DNA from: an uncultured Gemmatimonadaceae bacterium
GTDB taxonomy: Bacteria > Gemmatimonadota > Gemmatimonadetes > Gemmatimonadales > Gemmatimonadaceae
Assembly: GCA_963843845.1 (NCBI GenBank)
Contig: CAWJMB010000002.1
Location: 576,001-640,000 of the forward strand
Direction of reading: 5' to 3'
DNA: 64,000 nucleotides
Shown here: one piece after another, positions 1-11,653 of the stretch
Position numbering within the stretch: the first letter of the stretch is position 1
How the letters are laid out: each line of letters begins with the position of its first letter
Translations under genes and position numbers: made by a program
Notes under the pieces: model-generated
The model's database searches: none
The model's input: only the letters and a program-made list of their open reading frames with translations
Told to the model about the DNA's origin: nothing

Positions 1-419
1 TCCTGCGTGTGGCGGCGCGGGCGCGGGCGCAGGCGGTCGTTCTCGAACAGCCAGATCCCGTCGCGCGCCCGGTCGCGCCCGAAGCCGAGTCGGCGCGTCG
101 CGCCGGAGAACACGGTCGGCCACGCGCTCTTGAAGTACACGTTGAAGTTGAGCGTCAGGTCGAACCCGCCGACGGCGCGCGACGCGGCCCGGAGATCGCG
201 CCACAGCGTCTGCACGCCGCGCCGTCCTTCGCGTCGCCGGTAGCGTACGATCGCGTCGACCGACGGGTGGTGCTCGAGGATGGTCGACGGCATCGGCTCG
301 GAGACCCACGTCACGTGGCGTCGCGGGTCGGCGTCCTTCAGCGCGTTCACCACCGGCAGTCCGTGCACCACGTCGCCGAGCCCCGTGAGCAGCACGACGC
401 AGATGCGCTCGGCGGCCAT
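1..419 (-). CDS. Glycosyltransferase family 9 (ADP-heptose:LPS heptosyltransferase-like), partial, runs off window start
   Basis: Translated by hand from ATG at 419: MAAERICVVLLTGLGDVVHGLPVVNALKDADPRRHVTWV...FDLTLNF...RRLGF. The GLGDVV motif and layout are typical of GT9. Not in the ORF track. Confidence 0.85.
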   Translation of the reverse strand, partial: MAAERICVVLLTGLGDVVHGLPVVNALKDADPRRHVTWVSEPMPSTILEHHPSVDAIVRYRRREGRRGVQTLWRDLRAASRAVGGFDLTLNFNVYFKSAWPTVFSGATRRLGFGRDRARDGIWLFENDRLRPRPRRHTQ

Positions 420-421
420 GC

Positions 422-3075
422 TCAGCGCCGCGCCGCCGCGGCGCTGTCCGCCGCCGCCTCGGCGCGGTAGCGCGCCGCGCGCGCGGGGGTGCCTAACGAA
501 TCGTAGACGATGACCAGGTCGCGCCGCGCGTACTGCAGCCACTGCACCGAGGCGTCGGCCTGCCTCGTCACGATCGCGTAGCCGGTCTCGAGGTGCGGCG
601 CCGCGTCGGCCCACCGCGTCGCCTTCGTCAGCGTGTGACCGAGCTTGATCTGCACGATGCCGAGGTCGAGGTGATCCGGCGTGAGCGCGTCGGTGTAGAT
701 GGCGAGCGCTTCGCGGTACGTCCGCTCGGCGTCCGCGTACCTCCGCTGCGCGTGGTAGACGCTCGCGAGGTTCGACAGCGCGGTGCCGACGAGGCGGTGC
801 CGCGGGCCGTTCGTCGCGCGGTAGATGTCGGCCATGCGCTGAAAGTCGGCCGCCGCCTCGGTGTAGCGGTCCTGCTGCAGCGCGATGTGTCCGAGCTCGT
901 TCACCGTCGCCGCGACGAGCGGGTGCGACGGCCCGTACGCGCGCTCGCGGATCTCGAGCGCGCGGCGCAGCACGACGGTGGCCTCGTCGTAGCGCTGCGC
1001 GAACGTGAGCGCGTCGCCGAGCGACGTGAGGACGAGCGCGGTCTGGAGGTGGTCGTTGCCGTACCACCCCTGCGTGACGTCGAGCGCCGCGCGCAGATAG
1101 CGCTCGGCGTCGGCGTACCGGCCGCGCGCCTGCGCCGTCTGCCCGAGCGTGACGAGGTTCTTCGCGACGTCGGGGTGCCGCTCGCCGTGCAGCCGACGCG
1201 CCGCGTCGAGGGCGCGACGCCCGACCGAGTCCGCCGCGTCGTAGCGGCTCGCCGCGACGTAGACCTGCGCCAGCTCGCCGAGCGTCGCGGCCAGCTCCGG
1301 GGTCGTCGAATCGCCGCGCGACTGGATGCGCACGGCGTTCGCGTAGGCGGCGATCGCGCCGTCGTTCGTTCCTCGCTCGAGCAGCACGCGCCCGAGCGCC
1401 GCCTCGGCGCGGGCGACGGTCGCGTGGTCGTCGCCGAACGCCGCGCGGGCGCGGGCGAGCGCGGCGCGCACGAGCGACTCCGCCTCGGCGAGCCGCGCCT
1501 CGTCCACGCGGAGCAGTCCGAGCGCGGACGTGGCGTCGACGATCGCTGCCGGGCGGCCGCTCCGCTGCCGGAGGGCGAGCGCCCGGCTGAGCGCCGTGTC
1601 GGCGCTCGCGAGGCGGCCGAGCCGCTGGAAGAGCCCGCCCAACGTGGCGTACAGCTCCGCCTGCACCGCCGGCTCGGCGGCGAGGGCGCGCGCCTCGCGC
1701 ATGCCGTCGTCGACGCAGCGTCACGACGCGCAGCGTGTCGGCCGGCCCGGCCTCGGCGTCGCCGCCGCTGAAGAGGCTGAGCATGAATCGCTGCATGCGC
1801 TGCGTGCGCGCCGCCTCGGCGACGGCGGCGTTGCGTGCGGCGGCGAGGCGCAGCGTGTAGAACGTCGCGAGCCCGAGGGCGAGCGCGGTCGCAGCGGCCG
1901 TCGCGGCGACGGCGGCGCGGTGGCGGCGCACGAACTTCGCCGGCGCGATAGGCGGGCGAGTCGGGACGCGCCTCGAGCGGCTCGCCGGCGAGGAAGTGGT
2001 CGACGTCGCGCGCCAGCGCCTCGACGGTCGGGTAGCGGCGCGCCGGCTCCTCGTGCATCGCGCGTCAGGCAGAGCACGTCGAGATCGGCCGCCATCGCGC
2101 GCGGCCGTGCCCGAGCGCATCGGCCGAGCCGCGCTGCGCGACCGACGGCGGCGGCTCCTGCTCCAGGATCGCCGGGCCGCCGGGCATGCGTCCTCGAGAG
2201 TCGAACGGGAGCCGCCCGCGAGCAGCTCGTAGAGCACGACGCCGAGCGCATAGACGTCGGTGTGCACGCCCAGCGCGGTCGCCGCGCAGCTGCTCCGGTG
2301 CGGCGTAGGCAGGCGTCATCAGGCGCAGCCCGGTCCGCGTCAGCTCGGCCGGCGCCGTCGACGAGCTCGAGCTGCTTGGCGATGCCGAAGTCGAGCAGCT
2401 TCACCGTGCCGTCGCCGCGTCACGAGGATGTTCGACGGCTTGAGGTCGCGGTGGATGATCGCGTGCTGGTGCGCGTGCTGGACGGCGTCGCAGACAGTCG
2501 CGAAAGAGCCGCAGGCGCTCGGCGACCGTCAGCGCGTGCGTGTCGCAGTAGCGCGTGCAGCGGCACGCCCTCGACGTACTCCATCACGAACCACGGCGTG
2601 CCGTCGGCGAGCGTGCCGGCGTCGTACAGCCGCGCGATCGATCGGGATGATCGAGCTGCGCGAGCGCGCGCTGCTCGCTCGGCGAACCGCGCGCGCCGCG
2701 CCGGCGACAGCCAGGCGTCGCGCAGGACCTTGACCGCGGCTCGGCGGCCCAGGTCGTCGCGCTCGGCGAGGTAGACGACGCCCATCCCGCCCTCGCCGAG
2801 GAGCCGCTCGACGCGGTAGCGGCCGAACGTGCGTGCGGGGCAGCGCGGTGCGCGCGGTGGGCGCGCTCAGCACCGCGCGCGGCGAGCGGCGCGAGGCCGT
2901 CGTCGAGCAGCGAGTCGCCGTCGCGCGTCCTCGTCGAGCATCGCCCGAACCTGCGCGCAGCAGGTCGTCGTCGCTCCCGCACGCCGCGTCGAGGAACGAC
3001 TCGCGGTCCGCGTCGGCCGAGCGCGGCGGCGTCGTGGAAGACGCGCTGGATGCGCTCCCACCGCGCCGCGGTCAT
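422..3075 (-). CDS. Ser/Thr protein kinase with TM segment and C-terminal TPR repeats (several frameshifts)
   Basis: Pieces across frames: [70 protein letters not shown] repeats ([24 protein letters not shown]) in 422-1702. Confidence 0.9.
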
Positions 3076-3086
3076 CGGCGCGCCCC

Positions 3087-3607
3087 TCACGCCGGCGCCC
3101 GCAGCTCGCGCGCGAGCCAGGCGCGGGCGGCCCGCCAGTCGCGCAGCACGGTCGCTTCCGAGACGCCGAGCAGCTCGGCCGTCTCCGCGACGTCGAGCCC
3201 GCCGAAGAAGCGGCTCTCGACGAGCGTCGCCTGACGCGGGCTGATGCGCGCGAGCGCGCTCGAGCGCCGCGTCGAGCGCGAGCAGTCGTCCTCGGACGGC
3301 GCGATCGCGAGTGCAGCGCCTCGTCGAACGTCACGACGGCGCCGCCCCCGCCGCGCTTTTCGGCGTGCCGCCGGCGCGCCGCTTCGACGAGCACCTGCCG
3401 CATCGCGCGCGCGGCGATGCGCTTGAAGTGCAGCGGCGACGTGTGGGCGACGGCCGGCGCGCCGGCCAGCTTCAGCCACGCCTCGTTCACGAGCGCGGTC
3501 GGGTTCAGCGTCGCGCTCGGGTCGCCGCGCCGCACGCTGACGGCGAGCCGCCGCAGCTCCTCGTACGTCGCGCTGAACAGCGCGTCGAGCGCGTCGCGGT
3601 CGCTCAC
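3087..3607 (-). CDS. ECF sigma factor of the kinase-associated (TIGR02999/ECF43-like) type, one frameshift near 3310
   Basis: LFSATYEELRRLA...TLNPTALVNEAWLKL...AARAMRQVLVEAARRRHAEKRGG, then LVESRFFGGLDVAETAELLGVSEATVLRDWRAARAWLAREL. Directly upstream of the kinase. Confidence 0.9.
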
Positions 3608-3617
3608 CGCGTCGTCA

Positions 3618-3836
3618 TCAGCCGGCGTACACGACGTCGCCGTCGTCGTCGATGCCGAGCTCCTGGTGCGTGCCGCACACACCGCAGACGAGCCTCGCCG
3701 TCCACTCGGCGCGCAGCTCGCGGCGGATCGACTCGTCGGCGGGCTTCACGGCGACCTTCTTGTAGCTGTACTCGCGGCAGTGCACGCAGGCGTGCGCCCG
3801 CGCGACGCGCTCGGCGCGCTCTCTCGTGATCGGCAC
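3618..3836 (-). CDS. Small putative zinc-ribbon protein (72 aa)
   Basis: CVHC...CGVC pairs, normal codon pattern, tightly packed between SPFH and ECF genes. Confidence 0.75.
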   Translation of the reverse strand: MPITRERAERVARAHACVHCREYSYKKVAVKPADESIRRELRAEWTARLVCGVCGTHQELGIDDDGDVVYAG

Positions 3837-3848
3837 GGAGCGGCGCGC

Positions 3849-4973
3849 CTACCCCTCGTCCGAGCTCTGCCCGACGACGGGATGCTCGGCGGCAGGATGC
3901 TCGGCGACGGGCCCGCGGCGAGGCGGGCGACGGCCAGCGCGTCCGACTTGCGCGCCGCGGCGGCGCGGTCGAGCGACCGGTCTGCCGCCACGGCGTCGCC
4001 GGCGCGCAGCACCTCGCGCAGCCCGCCTAACGCGCCCATCACGCCGCTCGCCTCGGCCGGCAGGAAGATCGTCGAGCCTTTGCCCTGCGCGAGCTGCGGC
4101 AGCGCCTCGAGATACTTGAGCCCCAGCAGGTACATCGCGGCGTCGTCCTTCGGGGAGCGACAGCGCGATGCGTGCGCACCGCCTCGCGCCTCGGCTTCGG
4201 CCATCGCGAGGCGCGCTTCGGCCTGCCCCTGCGCGCGCAGCATCGCCGCCTCCTTCTCGCCCTCGGCGCGCGCGGATCTGCGCCTCGCGCTGCACCCTCG
4301 GCCTCGAGCACGGCGGCGCGCTTGCTCGCCTCGGCGTTCGTCACGGCGGCGCGGCGCTCGCGCTCGGCGCGCATCTGCAGCTCCATGGACTGCTGGATGT
4401 CGCGCGGCGGCTCGATCGCCTGCAGCTCGACGCGCGTGACGTCGACGCCCCAGCCGATCGACGCCTCCTCGATGACCTCGCGCATCCGCGTGTTGATCAT
4501 GTCGCGGCTGGCGAGCGTCTGGTCGAGCTCCATGTCGCCGACGATGTTGCGCAGCGTCGTCCTCGTCAGCGTCTCGAGCGCGTACGGCAGGTTCTGCACC
4601 GCGTACGTCGCCTTCTGCGGGTCGGCGACGCGGTAGTAGAGCACCGCGTCGATGTCGATCGTGACGTTGTCCTTCGTGATGACCGGCTGGCTCGGGAAGT
4701 TCAGCACCTGCTCGCGCAGGTCGATGCGCGACGTCGTGCCCGCGGTGACCTTCTTGATGCCCGGTGACGTCGGCCTCGAGGTAGCGCACGTCGATCGCGC
4801 GCGGCCGCTCGACGAACGGGATCAGGATGTTGAACCCCGAGTGCGCGATGCGGTGGAAGCGGCCGAGCCGCTCGACGACCATGACCTCGGCCTGGCCGAC
4901 GATCTTGAACGAGCTCGTCGCGATGAAGGCGACGAGCAGCGAGGATGACGCCGAGAATGATGAGACCGGCCAT
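3849..4973 (-). CDS. SPFH/stomatin (band 7) domain membrane protein (frameshifted)
   Basis: N-terminal TM MAGLIILGVILA, VVERLGRFHR, QPVITKDNVTIDIDAVLYYRV, RTTLRNIVGDMELDQTL, QMRAERERRA, YLEALPQLAQG. Confidence 0.9.
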
Positions 4974-5063
4974 GCCGTAGCTCCGGAAGCGAGAGGGGAT
5001 CAGTGAAAACGTAGTACCCCGCTCGAGCGTGCGGTGCGCGTTCTGCGATCGCCCGACGAACGC

Positions 5064-5967
5064 TCAGCGATTGCCGTACGGCCGCGCCGGGACCGACTTC
5101 AGGTACGCGTAGACCGCGCGAATCTCGTCGTCGTCATCCGCCGCGCTCGCCTTCCACGGCATGATGCTGTCGATCGGGGAGCCGTCGGGGCGGCGGCCGG
5201 TGCGGAGCGCGCGCTTGAAGTCGTCCTCGCTCCACTGCGCGAACGCCCCCGACGGCGTGAGGTTCGCGGCCGGCTTCCACTCGGGGGGGGTGCCCGGAAT
5301 CTTGCCGCCGGAGAGCCCGGCGCCGTGACAGCCGGTGCAGCCCCCGGCGTCGGCGAGGTAGTTCCCGTACTCCGCGGTCGCCGCCGGCGTCACGCGCGCG
5401 GTCGACGGACGCGTGTGGTCGATCGCCGCGGCGTCGACGAGCGGGAGCTGCCCGGTCGCCCAGAGCACGCGGGCGAGCAGGTGCAGCTCGCTCGCCGGCA
5501 GGTCCGCTCCACCGCCGGCCGCGTCCGCAGGTAGGCGATGATCGCCCCGATGTCGTCGTCGGCCAGCGCGATGTAGTCGCGCGACGGCATGATCATGAGC
5601 CCACGCCCGTCGCGCGCCACGCCGTGCCGCACGGCGCGCGCGAACTCCGCGTCGCTGTAGGCGCCTAACGCGCCGCCCGTCGTGAGGTTCGTCGCGACGA
5701 TGCGGCCGAGCGCGGGGTCGTCGATGAAGACCCGGCCACCGAGTCGGCGCCGTGACACTCGCCGCACTTGCCGATGGATTCCACGAGGTGCGCTCCGCGC
5801 GCGACGGTCGCCGAGTCGGTGGCGACGGGAACGGGTCGCGCGGCCACGTCGTACCGGCGACTCGCGCGCGACGCGGTGACGGCGTAGACGGTGCCGACGG
5901 CGACGAGCAGGAGCGCGACGATGCCGCCGACGAGATAGGCGAGCCGACGAAGCCAGGGATTTCGCAT
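5064..5967 (-). CDS. Membrane-anchored diheme cytochrome c (frameshifted)
   Basis: N-terminal TM, CGECH and CTGCH heme motifs, ANLTP and MPW motifs. Confidence 0.85.
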
Positions 5968-6101
5968 GGATCGCGAGGTGGGGGAGAATACGGAGGGGCG
6001 AAGTACGGATACGGTGCGTTCTGCGGGCCGGTTTCGCGAGTCATCGGTGTCGGAGCGCTCCTCCGTGGCGATTTCATCGCGCGGCGGGCATCATTGGCGG
6101 C

Positions 6102-9100
6102 ATGAGCAGCTCCGGTCCGTCCTCCCCTCCGTCCGACTCCACGCTCGCGCCCTCCTCCGAGCTCGACGTGCTCCGGCGCGCGATCGGCGGCCAGTACGAC
6201 GATCGAGCGGCTGCTCGGCGCCGGCGGGATGGGGAGCGTGTACCTCGCGCGCGACGTCACGCTCGACCGGCCCGTCGCGATCAAGGTCATCGTCCCCGAG
6301 CTGGCCGCCTCGGCGTCGGTGCGCGAGCGCTTTCTGCGCGAGGCGCGCACGGTCGCGCGGCTGCGGCACCCGAACGTCGTCGCCGTCTACGCGGCTGGCG
6401 AGGCCGAAGGGCATGCTGTACTTCGTCATGGAGTACGTGCCTGGCGAGAGCCTGCGCGACCGGCTCGCGCGCGGCCGCTACGACGACGCGGCCGCGGTGG
6501 CGGCGCTGCGCGACCTGGCGCGGGCGTTGGGCGCCGCGCACGCGCAGGGAATCGTGCACCGCGACGTGAAGCCGGAGAACGTGCTGCTCGACGCGGAGAC
6601 CGGGCGCGCGATGCTCACCGATTTCGGCGTCGCGCGCGCGCTCGACGCGGCGGGCGCCGACGAGCGGATGACGGGCACCGGGTTCGTCGTCGGCTCGCCG
6701 CGCTACATGAGCCCCGAGCAGGCCGCCGGCGAGCGCGAGCTCGACGGGCGGAGCGATGTCTACTCGTTGGGCCTCGTCGGCTACGAGATGTTCGCCGGCG
6801 AGCCGGCCGTGAGCGGCGGCAGCGCGGCGTCGATCATCATGCGGCAGATCACCGAGCGCCCGGCGCCGCTGACGGCGCGCAACGACCACGTGCCGCCGGC
6901 CGTCGCCGGCGTCATCGAGCGGGCGCTCGAGAAGAAGCCGGAGGACCGCTGGGCGACCGCGGGGGAGATGGCGGAGGCGCTCGATGCGGCGTTGCGGGAC
7001 CGGGGGTGAGAACGGCCGCACTGCCGGGGATCGGCCATGGGGGACGAGGTGCGTCGACCGTCCCGATCCCCGACTCCCGATCCCCGATCCGCCGGCTCGT
7101 CCCGACGCCGCCGGCCCTTCCTCGCGGCGGCGGCCGCGCTCGCCCTCGTGATCGTCGCGGCGGGCGCCTGGTGGACCGTCGGACGCGGCACCCGCCCCCC
7201 GCGCGGCGTCGACCCGCGCAAGTCGTACCTCGTCGCGCCGTTCGACGTGCAGAGCGGGGACCCGCAGCCTCACGTGGCTGCGCGAAGGGGCGGTCAGCAT
7301 GCTGTCGCTCGACCTCGCGCAGTGGCGCGACCTGACGATCGTCGACTACGAGCGCGGGCTCGACCTGCTGCGCGACCTCGGGCTCGACGACGTGCGTCGT
7401 ATCGGTCGCGACGACGCGATCCGGCTCGCGAAGGCGGCGGGCGTGTGGACCGTCGTGACCGGGCGCGTCATCGACGTCGCCGACTCGACGCTCGTCGTCG
7501 CGACGGTCTACGACGTGGCGAGCGGCGCGAAGGTCGACTCCGCGCAGGCGAGCGCGCTGCGCACCGCCGACCCGCGCCCGCTGTTCGACGCGCTCGCTCA
7601 GCGCCTGCTGCGACCTCGCCGGCGCGCCGGGTGCCTCGCAGCAGGCGCTCGCGCAGCAGCTCACCACCTCGGTCGACGCGTACCGCGACTACCTCGGCGG
7701 CGTGCGCGCGCTCAACGGGTGGCACTTCGTGCTCGCCGACTCGCTGTTCGCCGAGGCGACGCGCGCCGATTCGTCGTTCGCGCTCGCCTACTACAAGCGC
7801 GCCCTCACGTGGGGGTGGTGGAAGGCGGGGGACACGACGCAGAAGGCGCTCATCCGCAGCGCCGTGCAGAACGCCGGCCGCCTCCCGCCGCGCGAGCGTG
7901 GCATGCTCGACGCCTATGCGACGTTCGCGACGGCGATGTACGAGGAGGGCGACTCGACGACCAAGCTGCGCCGCTTCGCCGAGGCGCAGCGGAAGTGGGC
8001 GGCCGCCGTCGCGCGCGACACGACCGACGCCGAGGCGTGGTACGGGCTCGGCGACGCGTACTACCACGACATGGTCGGCAACTGGCTCGACTCGCTGTCG
8101 CTCGATCATCTCACGCGCGCGCTCGCCGCGTTCGACCGCACGCTCGCACTCGACTCGTCGTTTCACCTCGCGTACTCGCACAAGCTCGGCATCTTCCAGC
8201 TCGCCGGCGCGCCGCAGTCGCTGCTCGTGCTCGACGGTGGCGTCGCGCGCTCGCTGAACGACCCGGCGACTCGCCAGGCGTTTCCCCCGCCGCGCCTCGC
8301 CGAGGCGAAGGCGCGGGCGAAGGCGTTAGGCATCCGCGAGGCGCGCGCGTGGGCCGCCGCGGACCCGGTGCCGCAGGCGTTCCTGCAACTCTCGCTGGCC
8401 TACCTGCCGGCACACCGGGACTCGTCCGCCGCCGTCCTCGACGAGGGGGTGCGTCGACTCGGCGTGCGGGAGGCGACGGCACTGCTCCTCGTCCGGCCGA
8501 CGGTCATCGCGCACCTCGACCCGGCGCGCGCGACGGCGCTCGCGCACGAGGTCGTCCGCACCGTCGACTCGGCGGCGATCGAGCGCGCGGGCGGGTCGGA
8601 GCGCTTTCAGGAGGTGCTCCTCGTCATGCCCATCGCGGCGATGGGCGGGCGGGTGAGCGACATCGATTCGCTCGCGCGGCTGGCGGTCTCGGTGCGGCCG
8701 CCGGCGCCGGCGCCGGACGTCGCGATGGTCCCGCTGATTCGTGGGTGGGCGGCCGGGATGCAGCTCGCCGCGGGCGCGCCGATCGCCTCGGTTCGCGCGC
8801 CGCTCGACGCCGGCTTCGCGTCGATCGAGCGCATCCGCGGCCCGCTCGGGAATCAGATGCGGCGCCAGCTCGTGCCCGCCGCCTACGTCGCGTTCGCGGC
8901 GACGCGCGAGCCGCGCTACGCGGCGATGGTGCGCCGCTGGCTCGCCAGCCCTGACACGACGACGTGGGCCGAGGTCGCCGCCCTCTCGGCGCTCGCCGCA
9001 GGAGACACGGTCGGTGCGCGCGCCGCGGTGCGCCGCTTCCCGTCGATCGACTCCGTGCGCGCGTCGGGCGCGCTGGTGAACGCGGCGCGGTGGGTGGTGC

Positions 9101-9411
9101 GCGGCGAGATCTACGCGGCGCTGGGCGACGCGCGCCAGGCGCTCGCGGCCTACGAGCTCATCGACCCGTCGCGCTTCGGCGACTCGAACGGCTTCGACCC
9201 GAACCTCGTGTTCTCGGTGCGGGCGGTGCTCGCCCGCGCTCGCCTGCGCGAGCAACTCGGCGACCGCGCGGGCGCGGCGACCGACTACGAACGATTCATC
9301 ACCTGGTGGCGCAACGCCGACCCGGCGGTGCAGACCCAGCTGCGTGAAGCGCAGGCCGGGCTCGCGCGGGTGCGCGACGCGCGCGCGTCACAGTCCGTCG
9401 GGCCGCGATAG
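6102..9411 (+). CDS. Ser/Thr protein kinase with TM and large TPR-like extracytoplasmic region (frameshifted)
   Basis: [59 protein letters not shown] near 7120-7180, then helical repeat domain 7702-9411. Confidence 0.85.
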
Positions 9412-9531
9412 CACGAGGTCTCGCTCGTCCGCTGCCGGCGGTGCACCGCCGCCCTGGGCACGACCGCGACGCTCTCCGGCGTCCCGGTCGGCCGGCGCCG
9501 GGACGCGGGGCCGTTCGGCCGTCACCGTCGC

Positions 9532-10413
9532 TCACCGCCCGAACGCCATCAGCATCGCCCCGGCGAGCACCAGCCCGACCCCGACTCCCCTCGCCCGACT
9601 CACCCGCTCGCCCAGCAGCCTCGCCCCGAACGCCACCCCGGCCGCGATGCTGATCTGCCGCAGGCCGACGACGTACGTCGACCCCCCGCTCCGAAGCGCG
9701 ACGAGCGCGAGGCCGTAGCTGAGCGTGTTCAGCACCCCGACCGCCACCGCCGCTCGGCCGTGCTGCCGCCACTCGGCTAGGAGGGCGTCGCGGCCATAGC
9801 GGCGCCACGCCCACGCGAGGTAGCACGCCCCAGCGAGCGCCGTGTAACCGTAGAAGTACACGAACAGGCTCACCGCGCGCACCGAGAGCTTGTCCCAGAT
9901 CGTGCCCGCGGCGAGCAGGAGGGCGAGCAGCAGCGCGAACAGCGTGGCCGGCCCGCGCGCGTGGACGAAGAAGCCGCGCGCCGCGGCCCGCGTGAGCTGC
10001 GGCAGCTGCATGACGACCACGCCGGCGAGGATCGCACCGATCGCGACCCACGCCAGCGGCCCGACCCGCTCGCCCAGCACGAACCAGCCGAGCGCCGGCA
10101 GAAAGAGCAGCGCACCGCCGCGCGCGATCGGGTAGATGAACGAGAGATCGCCGTGGCCGTACGCCGCCGCGAGCGCCCCGTACGTCGCGAGGACGATGAC
10201 CGTCGCGACGACGACGTACGGCTCGACGCCGCGCATCACGCCCGGCGGCGACAGCCACAGCAGGGCGAGGAACACCGGCAGGTAGACGACCGCCTCAGAC
10301 GCCTTGCTGATCCCGACGAACGCGTGCGACCCGCCGGCGCGCTTCATCAGGTAGTTCCAGTACGCGTGCATCACGGCGGACGCGAGCACGAGGAGCACGG
10401 ACGTGAGGGTCAT
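9532..10413 (-). CDS. DMT/EamA family transporter
   Basis: About 10 hydrophobic segments, GDLSFIYPIARG and LLGERVS motifs. Confidence 0.88.
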   Translation of the reverse strand: MTLTSVLLVLASAVMHAYWNYLMKRAGGSHAFVGISKASEAVVYLPVFLALLWLSPPGVMRGVEPYVVVATVIVLATYGALAAAYGHGDLSFIYPIARGGALLFLPALGWFVLGERVGPLAWVAIGAILAGVVVMQLPQLTRAAARGFFVHARGPATLFALLLALLLAAGTIWDKLSVRAVSLFVYFYGYTALAGACYLAWAWRRYGRDALLAEWRQHGRAAVAVGVLNTLSYGLALVALRSGGSTYVVGLRQISIAAGVAFGARLLGERVSRARGVGVGLVLAGAMLMAFGR

Positions 10414-10443
10414 GGCGGCCGGGAATCGGGAAGCCCCGACCGT

Positions 10444-11530
10444 TCACGGCACCCAGTCCGCCACGAACAGATTCGTCGACGTCTCGATCGGCGCGTGGCG
10501 GTTCGACGCCCAGACGAGACGGCGGCCGTCGGGGCTGAACATCGGGAAGCCGTCGAACGTGCCGTTCGTCGTGACCTGCTCGAGCCCCGAGCCGTCGAGG
10601 TTCACGAGGAACAGATCGAAGTTGCCGCTGCGCGGGTTCTTGTAGTTCGACGAGAAGATGATCCGGCGCCCGTCCGGCGTCCACGACGGGCCGAAGTTCG
10701 CGCCGCCTAACGTCGTGATCTGCCGCTGGTCGCTGCCGTCGGCGTTCATCACCCACAGCTCCATCCGACTCGGCCGCACCATGCGCTCGGCGAGGAGGGC
10801 GCGGTAATCCGCGAGGCCGGCGTCGACGGGGTGCCAGGCGCGGTAGACGATCTTCGTGCCGTCCGGGCTCCACCACGGGCCGCCGTCGTAGCCGGGTGTC
10901 GTCGTCAGCCGCCGGACGTTCGACCCGTCGACGTTCATCGTGTAGATGTCGAGATCTCCGTCCTTGAGCGACGTGAACACGATGCGCGTGCCGTCGGGCG
11001 AGACGACCGCCTCCGCCGTGTAGACGCCGTACGTCGTGAGGCGCCGAACGTCCGAGCCGTCGCGACGCGCCGTGTAGATGTCGTAGTCGTCGAGCTTCCA
11101 CACGTAGCCCTTCGACTTGTCCGGCGGCGCCGGACAGCCGCGCGCGTTGTCGTGCGTCGAGCCGAACAGCACCCGCTCGTCGTCGCCGTAGAAGAAGCCG
11201 CACGTCGTCTTTCCCTCGCCCGGCGAGACGCGCGTGAGCGCGCCGCCGTCGGCCACGCGCAGCACGTACTGCTGGTCGCAGCCCTCGCCGTCGACGCGCC
11301 CCTGGAACGTCAGCGACTTCCCGTCGCGCGCTGAAGTACGACTCGGCGTTCTCGCCGCCGAACGTGAGCTGCCGGACGTTCGTCAGATGGCGCTCGCCGC
11401 TGTCGGCGGCGACGGCGCGCAGGCCGGTCGGGATGCGCTGCGAGGCGGGGAGCGTCTCACCGGTCGAGACGGTGACCGTGCGGGTGCAACCGGCGACGAG
11501 AACGGCGGCGAAGACGAGGCGGCGAGACAT
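10444..11530 (-). CDS. TolB-like PD40/WD40 beta-propeller lipoprotein (frameshift near 11330)
   Basis: Lipobox VAGC, QLTFGGENAESYFS, repeated SPDG motifs (GYDGGPWWSPDG, FDGFPMFSPDG). Confidence 0.88.
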
Positions 11531-11653
11531 ACGGACGTGATGGGCGGACGAGGAACGGCGGACGGACGGAGCGCAGGATGCCGAAGCGGCGCGTGCAGAA
11601 GGTTGCACGCGCCGCTTCGATTTCGGTCCTCCGGAGTTTTCCGGACTGGCTGC

